Shown: positions 28,151 through 37,281 of the stretch, one piece after another
Layout: every line of letters starts with the position of its first letter
Numbering within the stretch: the first letter of the stretch is position 1
Source: an uncultured Nitrososphaerota archaeon
GTDB lineage: Archaea; Thermoproteota; Nitrososphaeria; Nitrososphaerales; Gagatemarchaeaceae
Assembly: GCA_963703285.1 (NCBI GenBank)
Contig: OY969807.1
Coordinates: forward strand, 672,001 to 736,000
Direction: 5' to 3'
Length of the DNA stretch: 64,000 nucleotides
Notes under the pieces: generated by a model
What the model was told of the DNA's origin: nothing
Seen by the model: only the letters and a program-made list of their open reading frames with translations
Database searches by the model: none
Position numbers and translations under genes: made by a program

Positions 28151-29173
28151 CTAACCTCCGATCGTGTACATCGGACGGACCCTCTTGATGTCGACGTGCT
28201 TACGGAGCATGCTCTCGACACCCTCGGACTTCAGCTTGAAGGAGGACCTGAGAAAGCCCGAGATCTCCTCGTCGCTCGCCCCGGCCCTGAGTAGGTGCTT
28301 GACGTCGAACTCGGCGACGCTGAACAGGCAGGGCACCATCTTCCCGTCGGCCGAGAGCCGGATCCTGTCGCAGTCGGAGCAGAAGGGTTTGGTCATCGAG
28401 GCTATGATCCCTATCTCTCCCTCGGAGTTGTCTGTGAATCTGTGATGGACCGCCGTCGCCCCGTGGGTCCGCTCGAGCGGTATCAGGTCGTACCTCTCCT
28501 TGACCTTCCGGATTATCTCGTCGCCGCTGACGACGAGGTCGGGGTCCCACAGCTTCGACCCGTCGAAAGGCATGTACTCTATGAATCGCACCGAGACCCC
28601 TCCGTCGTGCGCAAGCTTGGCGAAATCGAGGATCTCGTCCTCGTTGCACCCCCTCGTCACCACGCAGTTCACCTTCACCCGGTCAAAGCCCACGGCCCTC
28701 GCCTCCTCGAGCCCCTGCATCACTCGCCAGAACATGTCCTTCGTCCCCGTGATCTGGTGGTAGCGTTCCGGACGCAGGCTGTGGAGGCTCACGGTCACGC
28801 AGTGCAGTCCGCTCTCCTTCAACAGCTTGGCATTCTGCTTGAGTAGCGCCGCGTTCGTGGTCATGCTCACGGCGTTTATCCCCCTGACTTTGACCAGCAT
28901 CTTCACGAGGCCATCGATGTCCTTCCTCATCAGCGGCTCCCCGCCGCTCAGACGGATGTTCTCGACGCCAAGGCTCGCTGTTACCGATGCGACTCGTGTA
29001 ATCTCCTCGAAGGTAAGCAGCTCGCTGCGGTCCATCCAGGTGGGATGCTCCGGCATGCAGAAGTCGCACCTGAAGTTGCACCTGTCCGTCACGGAGATCC
29101 TCAGCTTCCTGGCGTGGCGACCGAAGGAGTCGATGAGTGCTTCATCGTCCTCAACTCGAGCAGGGGAGTTCAA
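28151..29173 (-). CDS. moaA: GTP 3',8-cyclase
   Basis: CNFRCDFC, RFIEYMP, FCSDCDRIRL...PCL, C-terminal IGG. Confidence 0.95.
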   Translation of the reverse strand: MNSPARVEDDEALIDSFGRHARKLRISVTDRCNFRCDFCMPEHPTWMDRSELLTFEEITRVASVTASLGVENIRLSGGEPLMRKDIDGLVKMLVKVRGINAVSMTTNAALLKQNAKLLKESGLHCVTVSLHSLRPERYHQITGTKDMFWRVMQGLEEARAVGFDRVKVNCVVTRGCNEDEILDFAKLAHDGGVSVRFIEYMPFDGSKLWDPDLVVSGDEIIRKVKERYDLIPLERTHGATAVHHRFTDNSEGEIGIIASMTKPFCSDCDRIRLSADGKMVPCLFSVAEFDVKHLLRAGASDEEISGFLRSSFKLKSEGVESMLRKHVDIKRVRPMYTIGG

Positions 29174-29207
29174 ATCGGCGCCCTCCAGAAAAGAGGCCCG
29201 ATATTGG

Positions 29208-29384
29208 TCACTTAAACCTATCCACCAGCCGTGGGTCCGGGACTGGTCCGCCGGCCCCGCGGTGTCCCAGAATGTGGGCCCTGTACCTTATCATCAGGTC
29301 GGTCGCGTCGGAGCCCTCCACGACCTTCCCGCAAACCTCGCACCTCTTGCTGAACCCGCTGGTGGGGACCTTGAAACCGGCCAT
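29208..29384 (-). CDS. Unannotated 58-aa C2H2-type zinc-finger microprotein
   Basis: MAGFKVPTSGFSKRCEVCGKVVEGSDATDLMIRYRAHILGHRGAGGPVPDPRLVDRFK*; CTTATA about 25-30 nt upstream. Confidence 0.6.
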   Translation of the reverse strand: MAGFKVPTSGFSKRCEVCGKVVEGSDATDLMIRYRAHILGHRGAGGPVPDPRLVDRFK

Positions 29385-29502
29385 CGAAACTGGGGAGCCA
29401 GAACACCGTATAAGCAGTGCGCCCTAGCCTTCGACCAGCGCCCCGAAGGCGGCTCAAGCAGCGGAATCAAATCGATGGGACCATCGAACTGAGATAACGA
29501 AG

Positions 29503-29520
29503 TATATCAAACACGATATA
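29503..29520. promoter_or_regulatory. Inverted repeat TATATC-N6-GATATA, candidate PadR operator next to a TATA box
   Basis: Immediately upstream of TTTTATATA and of the padR-ABC operon. Confidence 0.5.
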
Positions 29521-29556
29521 TTTTATATACTAGCGGCCACTCAACCTTCGAAGCGA

Positions 29557-30129
29557 TTGACTGACGAAGAGGGGGCCCGGGGTTTGGCCCATCCGCAGGG
29601 TGCGCCTCGGGGACTACTTCTCCACTACATGCTCCGCAGAATATCGCAGAAGCCCTGTCACGGTTACGAGATCCTTCAGGACATCGACAGCAAGACCGAG
29701 GGCGCCTGGAGGCCAGGCGCGGGCTCCGTCTACCCGATATTGAAGAAGCTCCTCGAGAACGGCTACATCCAGAGCGACGACAAGGTTGGTGCGGACAGGA
29801 GGGTCTACACTATCACACAGAAGGGAATCGAGTCACTGGAGGAGGACAAGCAGTTGTTTCTGAACTCGGGCGAGAAATGGATGGCCATGCGCAGGCTCTT
29901 CGTGGAGCTGATCGGCCCGGAGCAGCTCTCCCGTTTCTTGAGCGAGGGGACGAGGAGTCAGTTCGAGATCGCACAGGAGATAATAAGGACGAAGAGTAAG
30001 GACATCCCACCGAAGGAGCTCGAGTACATCCTCCGTGATTACATGCTGAACCTCGAGCGGCAGCTCGAGTGGGCGAACAGGGTCCTCAAGGAGATGAAGT
30101 CCGCTGCTGTGGTCAGGGCGAGGAAGTGA
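29557..30129 (+). CDS. PadR family transcriptional regulator
   Basis: PRGLLLHY, HGYEI, WRPGAGSVYPIL, RRVYTITQKG. Confidence 0.9.
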   Translation: MTDEEGARGLAHPQGAPRGLLLHYMLRRISQKPCHGYEILQDIDSKTEGAWRPGAGSVYPILKKLLENGYIQSDDKVGADRRVYTITQKGIESLEEDKQLFLNSGEKWMAMRRLFVELIGPEQLSRFLSEGTRSQFEIAQEIIRTKSKDIPPKELEYILRDYMLNLERQLEWANRVLKEMKSAAVVRARK

Positions 30130-30132
30130 ACG

Positions 30133-31173
30133 TTGGGCTTGATAGAGGGTCAGTCGGGTGTATCGAAGAGCGAAGAGGCCATCGTCAAGGTGGAGAACCT
30201 CAGCAAGACTTACGACGGCAAGACCAAGGCGGTAGACGGGGTCAGCTTCCAGGTTGAGCCGGGTGAGATATTCGGCTTCTTGGGTCCCAACGGCGCAGGC
30301 AAGAGCACCACGATAAATATGCTCACGACCCTGGTCCCTATAAGTTCGGGCAAGGCGGAGGTCTGCGGGTTCGACGTCCACCATCAGGCGAACCTCGTTC
30401 GGAGGAGCGTCGGGGTGGTCCCTCAGGATTACACCGCCGACGAGGACATGACGGGCGAAGAGAACATACTGCTCTGCGCAGACCTCTACGGAATTCCCCG
30501 GAGCGATTCCAAGGGCCACGCTGTCGAACTCCTCAAGCTCGTCGAACTCCTCGACGCCTCGAAGAGGAAGGTGAGCACCTACTCGGGTGGAATGCGCAGG
30601 AGGCTGGAGCTGGCCTGCGGCCTGATCAACTACCCCAAGCTCCTATTCCTGGATGAGCCCACGCTCGGGCTCGACGTCCAGACACGCGCCGCCGTCTGGA
30701 AGTACATCCGCCAGCTGAAGCAGGACTACAACATGACCCTGTTTGTGACGACACACTATCTGGAGGAGGCAGATTCCCTCTGCGACAGGATCGCGATCAT
30801 CGACCACGGGCAAATCATCAAGATCGGCACACCGGAAGAACTCAAGGCCACGGTCGGAGGGGACGTGATAGTCGTTGGAGTCAAGGAGTCGGAACCCGAC
30901 ATCTCTTCAGACATCTCGAAGATCGACCTGGTGAAATCGGTCACCAAGAAGGGCAACGATTATCGCATAAAGGCAGATGCTGGAGAGGAAGCCTCCCCAC
31001 AAGTCATAGACGTGATCCGGTCGAAGGGGCTACATGTCTCGAGGATTTCCCTGACGAAACCGACGCTGGACGAGGCTTACCTCGAGCTGACCGGGCGCAC
31101 CCTCAGGGACGAGGAGACTGACAAGTGGCAGATGATGAGCCAGAGAAGGACCATGCGAACGGCGAGGTCATAG
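30133..31173 (+). CDS. DrrA-type ABC exporter ATP-binding protein
   Basis: GPNGAGKST, YSGGMRRR, LFLDEPT. Confidence 0.92.
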   Translation: MGLIEGQSGVSKSEEAIVKVENLSKTYDGKTKAVDGVSFQVEPGEIFGFLGPNGAGKSTTINMLTTLVPISSGKAEVCGFDVHHQANLVRRSVGVVPQDYTADEDMTGEENILLCADLYGIPRSDSKGHAVELLKLVELLDASKRKVSTYSGGMRRRLELACGLINYPKLLFLDEPTLGLDVQTRAAVWKYIRQLKQDYNMTLFVTTHYLEEADSLCDRIAIIDHGQIIKIGTPEELKATVGGDVIVVGVKESEPDISSDISKIDLVKSVTKKGNDYRIKADAGEEASPQVIDVIRSKGLHVSRISLTKPTLDEAYLELTGRTLRDEETDKWQMMSQRRTMRTARS

Positions 31174-31188
31174 AAGGAGCGGATTGAC

Positions 31189-32148
31189 TTGGTAGAAAAA
31201 GAACAACCGGCTGGCACCGAAGCAACCGCGCAGGAGTCGACGGTGGAGGGACGGACCCCGGAGGCGACCGGCGAGAGATTGGCCTCGAGGCCAACCCCGA
31301 AGATGGACACGCGCCCGACACACGGACTCTGGGCACTGACGCAGAGAGACCTCAAGAAATGGTACACGAACCCCTACCAGCTGATTATCTCGCTCATACA
31401 GCCGGTCATCTGGATGGGGCTCTTTGGTAAAGCTCTGAACTTCGGCAGCCTCATCACCAAGGCGCTGCCGCCCGGTACGCCAACGTCGGTAGCTAATCAA
31501 TATGTTTTGAAAATCTTCGGCACGACAAGCTACTTCTCGTTCCTAGTGTGCGGCATGTTGATTTTCATCGTGCTGTTCAGCTCCACCTTCGCGGGTATGT
31601 CCGTCGTTTGGGACAGGAGGTTCGGCTTCATGAACAAGGCCCTCAGCACACCCGTGAGCCGCGGGATGATAGTGATGGGGAAGGTCCTTCAGAGCGTCAT
31701 AAGGTCGGTCATTCAGGCCGGCGTGGTTCTAGTAATCGGCATCGCCCTTGGAATGGAGACGGGCAATCTGACGGTTCTGGGGCTCGCCGGGGCGTTCGTC
31801 ATAATCTTCCTAGTCGCGATGGGCCTCTCCGGGCTGTTCGTGATGCTCTCGCTGAGGTCGACCAACTGGCAGACGCAGATGGCGATAATCAACCTCCTCA
31901 ACCTCCCCCTCCTCTTCGCAAGCAACGCGCTCTTCCCGATGGGCAATCCGGCATTCGGAGCGCCAGGATGGCTGCAGGACGTGGTGAAGGTCAACCCAAT
32001 CAGCTACGCCGTGGACGGGATCCGTCAGCTCCTCATAGGCGCCGTCGGCTCCTACGCCCTCTGGGTGGACTTCACCGTCGTTCTGGCGTTCGCCGTCTTC
32101 TTCTCCATCTTGGGGATTGTCATGTCATGGAGACTCCTCAGCAAGTGA
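31189..32148 (+). CDS. ABC-2 type exporter permease
   Basis: About 6 TM, DRRFGF, NPISYAVDGIR. Confidence 0.9.
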   Translation: MVEKEQPAGTEATAQESTVEGRTPEATGERLASRPTPKMDTRPTHGLWALTQRDLKKWYTNPYQLIISLIQPVIWMGLFGKALNFGSLITKALPPGTPTSVANQYVLKIFGTTSYFSFLVCGMLIFIVLFSSTFAGMSVVWDRRFGFMNKALSTPVSRGMIVMGKVLQSVIRSVIQAGVVLVIGIALGMETGNLTVLGLAGAFVIIFLVAMGLSGLFVMLSLRSTNWQTQMAIINLLNLPLLFASNALFPMGNPAFGAPGWLQDVVKVNPISYAVDGIRQLLIGAVGSYALWVDFTVVLAFAVFFSILGIVMSWRLLSK

Positions 32149-32191
32149 CACTGCGCGCAATTCTTTTATCGCAATCCTGACGAATCGGTCT

Positions 32192-32467
32192 GTGAAACGG
32201 TTGGGACAAGAAGGAAAAGAGACCAGGAAGAAGCCTGCTTCCACGCTAGCGCTCATCGGGAAGTCCTGTCCCAACTGCGGCAGCGGACTGGACTTCCTGG
32301 ACAACCCCCCGGTGATAGTGCCCGACGACCTGGACGTGCTCGATTGGGATTATGTAAAGAACCTCTCGCTGGTCCCCAAGCTCCTGGCCATCTGTCTCAA
32401 GTGCGGCTTCGTGGCCGTGGAGTGCCTCACCCCGGTGGAAGCGCGAGGAACCTACGTTGGAACCTGA
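32192..32467 (+). CDS. Small zinc-ribbon protein
   Basis: CPNCG...CLKCG. Confidence 0.6.
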   Translation: MKRLGQEGKETRKKPASTLALIGKSCPNCGSGLDFLDNPPVIVPDDLDVLDWDYVKNLSLVPKLLAICLKCGFVAVECLTPVEARGTYVGT

Positions 32468-32573
32468 TCTTCTCTTCAGGCGCCGATCCCTCCTTGTATG
32501 CAAGTCCACTGCTCGTCTTGCTCGCAAGCCCTTCAACGCATAAATAGAATTGGGGGGCCGCGGTGCCGCGTTC

Positions 32574-33896
32574 ATGAAGGGCGAGGATGATCTTGGCGAT
32601 TGGAGACGCACCCACTACTCATCCGAGATTACCCCCGAGCTCGAAGGGAAGGAGGTGACGGCTTTCGGGTGGGTCAGCAGCGTACGGACCCAAGGAGGAA
32701 TCAGCTTCCTCACCCTGAACGACAAGGAAGGGCCCTTCCAGGTCACCGCAGCAAAGGGGAGGGCGAGCCCTGGCTCGATAGAGAAGGTCTTGGGCATATC
32801 TGAGCAGTCGAGCGTCGGCGTCAGGGGGACCGTGAAGAGGTTCGCGGGAGCGCCGAACGGAGCAGAGATTGTTCCCGGGGAAATCAGGGTGCTGAGCAGA
32901 GCAAAGAGGAAGCCTCCCTTCAGCGTCTTCGGCGGCGCTCTTCCGTCGATGGAGAAGCGTCTCGACATGAGGGCAGTCGACCTCCGCAGGGAGAGGTCGC
33001 AGGCGATCTTCAGGATCCAGCGGGCCGTTCTCCGATCGCTGAGGGACTACTTCGGGGAGAACGGTTTCCTCGAGGTGACTACCCCCAAGCTAATCTCGAC
33101 GGCGACCGAAGGTGGAGCTTCGCTCTTCTCGGTCCTCTACTACAACAGGCCGTCGTTCCTCACCCAGAGCCCCCAGCTGTACAAGGAGGAGCTAGTCATG
33201 CCGTTCGAGAAGGTCTGCGAGATTGGTCCGGCGTTCAGGGCGGAGGAATCGAGGACCCAGAAGCACCTGAGCGAGATAACCTCGGTCGACATTGAGGAGG
33301 CCTACGTGGACTATCGGGACGTCATGGATACGCTCGAGGCTGTCATAAAGAGGGTCTACTCCGACGTCGGTCGGGCCTGCCCTGAGGAGCTCGCGAGACT
33401 CAAGATGCCGAGGATGGAGCTTCCGAGAAGGTTCGAGCGTCTGACCTACGACGAGGCTATCGCGGAGATCTCCTCCAAGGGCGAGGGTGTCTCCTGGGGC
33501 GACGACATTGGAAGCTCGGAGGGCGAGCGCCTTGCAGCGGGACATCCGGGTTTCTACTTCATCACCGACTGGCCCACCTCCTCGAAGCCCTTCTACATCA
33601 AGCCGAGGGGTGAGAAGCCCAGGGTCAGCGAGTCGTTCGACCTGATGCACGGCTCCCTCGAACTAGCTTCGGGAGGCACGAGGTTGAACTCGAAGGGCGC
33701 TCTGGTGAAGAGGCTCAAGGAACAGAAGCTGAAGCCTCAGGCGTTCGAGTACCACCTCGACGCGTTCGACTACGGCATGCCGCCACACGCAGGGTTCGGG
33801 CTCGGCCTCGAGAGGCTGATGATGGTAATCACGGGCGAGGCCAACATAAGAGAGGTCGCGCTCTTCCCGAGGGATAAGTTGAGATTAGTACCCTGA
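32574..33896 (+). CDS. aspS: Aspartate-tRNA ligase, archaeal, likely non-discriminating
   Basis: WRRTHYS, QSPQLYKE, FRAE, GMPPHAGFGLGLERL, LFPRD; linked to gatCAB. Confidence 0.95.
   Translation: MKGEDDLGDWRRTHYSSEITPELEGKEVTAFGWVSSVRTQGGISFLTLNDKEGPFQVTAAKGRASPGSIEKVLGISEQSSVGVRGTVKRFAGAPNGAEIVPGEIRVLSRAKRKPPFSVFGGALPSMEKRLDMRAVDLRRERSQAIFRIQRAVLRSLRDYFGENGFLEVTTPKLISTATEGGASLFSVLYYNRPSFLTQSPQLYKEELVMPFEKVCEIGPAFRAEESRTQKHLSEITSVDIEEAYVDYRDVMDTLEAVIKRVYSDVGRACPEELARLKMPRMELPRRFERLTYDEAIAEISSKGEGVSWGDDIGSSEGERLAAGHPGFYFITDWPTSSKPFYIKPRGEKPRVSESFDLMHGSLELASGGTRLNSKGALVKRLKEQKLKPQAFEYHLDAFDYGMPPHAGFGLGLERLMMVITGEANIREVALFPRDKLRLVP
33871..33896 (+). repeat. attL-like copy of the aspS 3' end (current end, GGGATAAGTTGAGATTAGTACCCTGA)
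   Basis: 18/26 identical to 35536-35561; differences synonymous except K/R. Confidence 0.75.
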
Positions 33897-34237
33897 TACT
33901 AAGGGATAAACACTGTCCACGCGTTCACCGCCGGTAAGCGTTGTCTAATGCCATGTTCGGACCAAGAAAGCAGGAGCAGGAGCGAGCCCGGCCCCCCTCC
34001 TAAAGCGGTTCCTCGAATCGAGGAATTCCCCCAAGACGGCGAAGGTCAGGGGAGCCAATCATAGGGAGCCTGACTCTGGGCACGATTAGCCGTTATCTTG
34101 GTAGGGGCAGAAAGGCATAACCTTAACTCAGAACGCGGTATGATCAGCCTCATAGCACTCACTGCAGGGGAATCATCACTCTTCAGTTAGTTTTCACAAA
34201 GCTTATATTGCGTTAAGGCGGCCTGAACTCGATTCTC

Positions 34238-34384
34238 ATGCAACCTGAAGAATTCGTAACCGAACTTCTCGACAGCCAGAAGGAGTCGGTTGATGAAATT
34301 CTAGAGCTTCAACGCATGCTAGCTGAGATTAGCCCGCCCGAGAATCAGCAGGTTTATCTCATGTCTATCTCCGTTAACTACTAG
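34238..34384 (+). CDS. Unannotated 48-aa acidic peptide
   Basis: MQPEEFVTELLDSQKESVDEILELQRMLAEISPPENQQVYLMSISVNY*; CTTATA upstream; 2 nt before the next ATG. Confidence 0.6.
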   Translation: MQPEEFVTELLDSQKESVDEILELQRMLAEISPPENQQVYLMSISVNY

Positions 34385-34386
34385 TA

Positions 34387-35388
34387 ATGCAGCCTATTCC
34401 GCAAACCGACCCCATATACCGAAGTATCATAGACTCTAATTCTGCGGAGGTTAGGCAGCGCCTCATTACTAAGATTGAGCGCCAAATCGGAGGCCGGCTT
34501 GTCACATACACAGCCAGCGCTTTGCATCCCGCTTCATCCATAATGCAGCTGGATGCGGTGCCATTCGAAGACGTGCTACGGTCAGTAGCGGATTCGGATA
34601 CCGGATTTCTCATGCTGACTTCGCAAGGGGGTGACCCCAACGCGGCTGAGAAACTACTCCTCATGTTCAGGAAGCGATTCTCCAAGTCCTTCCAAGTCAT
34701 TGTTCCCAACTACGCGAAAAGCGCTGCCACTTCCATTTGCTTGGGCGCGGACAAAATCTTGATGGGATACATGGCCGAGCTAGGCCCTGTGGACCCACAG
34801 ATTCAAACGAGTGCGACCGGAGGGGCGACGATTCCAGCTAGGTCCTTCATCGACGGCCTCGAAATGATCAGACACAAGGTAAAGGACGAAGGAGATAACC
34901 CAGCAATGTATCTTCCAATGCTCTCGCAAATAAAACCAGAGCTAATCGCAATTGCCCAAAGCGCTATAGACGATTCCAGACAGACTGCGTCCAAGTGGTT
35001 GAAGAACTACATGCTCAAGGACAATCCTGAGCAGGCAGACCTAGTGGCAAAGCTGCTCTCCGAGGGCTTAACCTACAAGTCTCACGGGAAGGTGATTAAC
35101 TGCGCTGAGGCTAGGGATGTCCTGAAGCTGAATGCAGAAGAAATCGACCATAATACTCCGCTTTGGTCAGATATATGGGAGTTGTATCTTCGAACCATGT
35201 TCTATACACAGACTAGCGGAAGCGCGAAGGTGTTTGAAAGCGCGAAGGTATCTCTAGGCATGCAGATACAAATCATCCAAACTCAACCCGCTCCGGCGGC
35301 TCCAGTGCAACCGCCGCGAGCAACTCATTCTCAACCTGAGAATCCGCCCAAGCCAGAACCGCCATCTGCTAGCCCACCATCCTCCTGA
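34387..35388 (+). CDS. SDH-family ClpP/crotonase-fold serine protease with Pro-rich tail
   Basis: TSQGGD, VPNYAKSAATSI, ELGPVDPQ, SHGKVI. Confidence 0.85.
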   Translation: MQPIPQTDPIYRSIIDSNSAEVRQRLITKIERQIGGRLVTYTASALHPASSIMQLDAVPFEDVLRSVADSDTGFLMLTSQGGDPNAAEKLLLMFRKRFSKSFQVIVPNYAKSAATSICLGADKILMGYMAELGPVDPQIQTSATGGATIPARSFIDGLEMIRHKVKDEGDNPAMYLPMLSQIKPELIAIAQSAIDDSRQTASKWLKNYMLKDNPEQADLVAKLLSEGLTYKSHGKVINCAEARDVLKLNAEEIDHNTPLWSDIWELYLRTMFYTQTSGSAKVFESAKVSLGMQIQIIQTQPAPAAPVQPPRATHSQPENPPKPEPPSASPPSS

Positions 35389-35535
35389 GCATTTTGATTT
35401 CGTTCTGTCTAGGACTAGACATAACTAACTCGGCCCGTCAAGGAGGGAGATGATGATGCGTTCGGGACGCCCTATCGAACCCTATGTTTTCAATCAGGAG
35501 TAATCAGTTAGTCATGTTTTTCGCCGCAAAAACGG

Positions 35536-35561
35536 GGGATAGATTGAGACTTGTCCCATAG
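35536..35561 (+). repeat. attR-like displaced aspS 3' end (DRLRLVP*), containing the gatC TTG start
   Basis: GGGATAGATTGAGACTTGTCCCATAG. Confidence 0.75.
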
Positions 35562-35845
35562 AGCCAAGACGGCCGTCTCCGAGGAGGAGGTCAGGAGGCT
35601 GGCGAGCCTCTCCAAGCTCAACATGACCGGCGTCGAGGAGGGGAAACTAAGAGAAGAGCTGTCATCCATCGTCGAGTATTTCCACGTGGTGGACGCGGTC
35701 CCGAGTTCGGAGACCAAGAATCTCGAACGTCAGGGAAGCCTCTCAATTGAGGCCCGACGAGGTCAGGCCCTCCGACCCCGAGGGCGTCTTGAGGGGCGTC
35801 CCCAAGAAGAGGGGGCGTCTCGTCAGAGCCCCGAGGGTTTTCTGA
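35551..35845 (+). CDS. gatC: Asp/Glu-tRNA amidotransferase subunit C with +1 frameshift near 35719 (likely read error)
   Basis: EVRRLASLSKL...LSSIVEYF, then the +1 frame gives LRPDEVRPS...LVRAPRVF*. Confidence 0.8.
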
Positions 35846-35856
35846 GGTCCTCGGGC

Positions 35857-37281
35857 ATGGGAAGGCTCTCGCCCTCCGTCACCGAGACAGTCAGGAGGAT
35901 AGCGGACCAGGAGGTAAGCTGTGAGGAGAGGATCGCGTCGAGGGTGGATAGGCTACCGCGGCTCGACAGGGACGTCCACGCTTTCCTTCACTTCGCCTCG
36001 GACGACGCGGTCAAGAGGGCGAAGGAGGTGGACAGGAAGGTCAGGCGCGGTGAGAGGGTAGGGAGGCTCGCCGGGATCACGGTTGCGGTGAAGGACAACA
36101 TCTGCGTGGCCGGGATGCCCGCCACCTGCGCGTCGAGGATCCTGGAGGGTTTCCGGCCCCCCTACGACGCGGCCGTCGTGGAGCGGATCAGGGCGGAGGA
36201 CGGGATAATCCTCGGGAAGACAAACATGGACGAGTTCGCGATGGGGAACACCACGCAGTCGAGCGCTTTCGGTCCCACGAAGAACCCGTGGGATCTGGAG
36301 CGGGTCCCGGGCGGCTCATCGGGAGGGAGCGCCGCCGCCATCGCCGGCAGCATGACCACGCTAGCCTTGGGCTCAGACACGGGAGGATCGGTCAGATGTC
36401 CCGCCAGCTTCTGTTCCGTGCTCGGACTCAAACCGACCTACGGGGCCGTCAGCAGATACGGCTTGATCCCCTACGCCAACAGCCTGGAGCAAATCGGTCC
36501 GATGGCCAGGCGGGTCGAAGACCTCGCGCTCCTCTACGACGTGATCTCCGGACACGACGCGAGGGACAGCACCTCCTCGGGTCCCCAGGCGAGGCGCGAT
36601 GGCGCGCGTTCGGGAATCAAGGGATTGAGGGTGGGGATCGTCAAGAACTTCTTCGGCGAAGGGACGCAGGAGAGGGTCAGCAGGGTCGTTCTCGACGCGA
36701 GCTCGGTCCTCGAGGGCCAGGGCGCCGTCGTCAAGGAGACGACCATCGAGGGGCTCGAGTATGCCCTGGCGGCCTACTACATAGTGGCCATGGCCGAAGC
36801 GAGCTCCAACCTCTCTAGATATGATGGGGTAAGGTATGGCCCTTCTCCGGAGGGTGTCCCGGGGGACTGGAACGAGGTCTTCGCCAAGACGAGGACCGAG
36901 CTCTTCGGTACCGAGGTCAAGAGGAGGATTCTGCTCGGGACGTTCGTCCTCTCTGCGGGATACTATGAGGCCTACTACCTCAGGGCCGAGAAGGCGAGGA
37001 CGCTGATCAGGGCCGCGTTCGCGAAGCAGTTCAGGAATTTCGACGCCCTTCTCGGGCCGACGATGCCCGTCCTGCCTCCGAAGCTCGGGGAGAGGGTGTC
37101 GCCTCTCGAGGACTACATGATCGACGTGAACACGGTCCCTGCGAACCTCGCGGGTATACCAGCTCTCAGCGTGCCGGTGGGGTTCTCCGAAGGGCTGCCG
37201 GTGGGCATGCAGCTGATGGCCCCGCACTTCGGCGAGGGGACGCTCTTCACCATCGCGTCGTCGTACGAGGGGGGAACATGA
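35857..37281 (+). CDS. gatA: Asp/Glu-tRNA amidotransferase subunit A
   Basis: KDN, GKTNMDEFAMG, PGGSSGGSAAA, GSDTGGSVR, NLSRYDGVRYG. Confidence 0.95.
   Translation: MGRLSPSVTETVRRIADQEVSCEERIASRVDRLPRLDRDVHAFLHFASDDAVKRAKEVDRKVRRGERVGRLAGITVAVKDNICVAGMPATCASRILEGFRPPYDAAVVERIRAEDGIILGKTNMDEFAMGNTTQSSAFGPTKNPWDLERVPGGSSGGSAAAIAGSMTTLALGSDTGGSVRCPASFCSVLGLKPTYGAVSRYGLIPYANSLEQIGPMARRVEDLALLYDVISGHDARDSTSSGPQARRDGARSGIKGLRVGIVKNFFGEGTQERVSRVVLDASSVLEGQGAVVKETTIEGLEYALAAYYIVAMAEASSNLSRYDGVRYGPSPEGVPGDWNEVFAKTRTELFGTEVKRRILLGTFVLSAGYYEAYYLRAEKARTLIRAAFAKQFRNFDALLGPTMPVLPPKLGERVSPLEDYMIDVNTVPANLAGIPALSVPVGFSEGLPVGMQLMAPHFGEGTLFTIASSYEGGT

Larger units (their letters stand above)
33871..35561. mobile_element. 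Non-autonomous genomic islet integrated into the aspS 3' end
   Basis: Flanked by duplicated aspS terminus with shared GGGATA core; visibly AT-richer; interrupts aspS-gatCAB; no integrase inside. Confidence 0.7.

Noticed and set aside
35445-35510. ATGATGA box C-like motif suggesting a C/D sRNA
   Set aside because: No properly oriented CTGA box D downstream.
35551-37281. Apparent 576-aa GatC-GatA fusion in the ORF track
   Set aside because: The GatC C-terminus (LRPDEV...APRVF*) is in the +1 frame and gatA has its own ATG at 35857; the fusion results from a single extra base.
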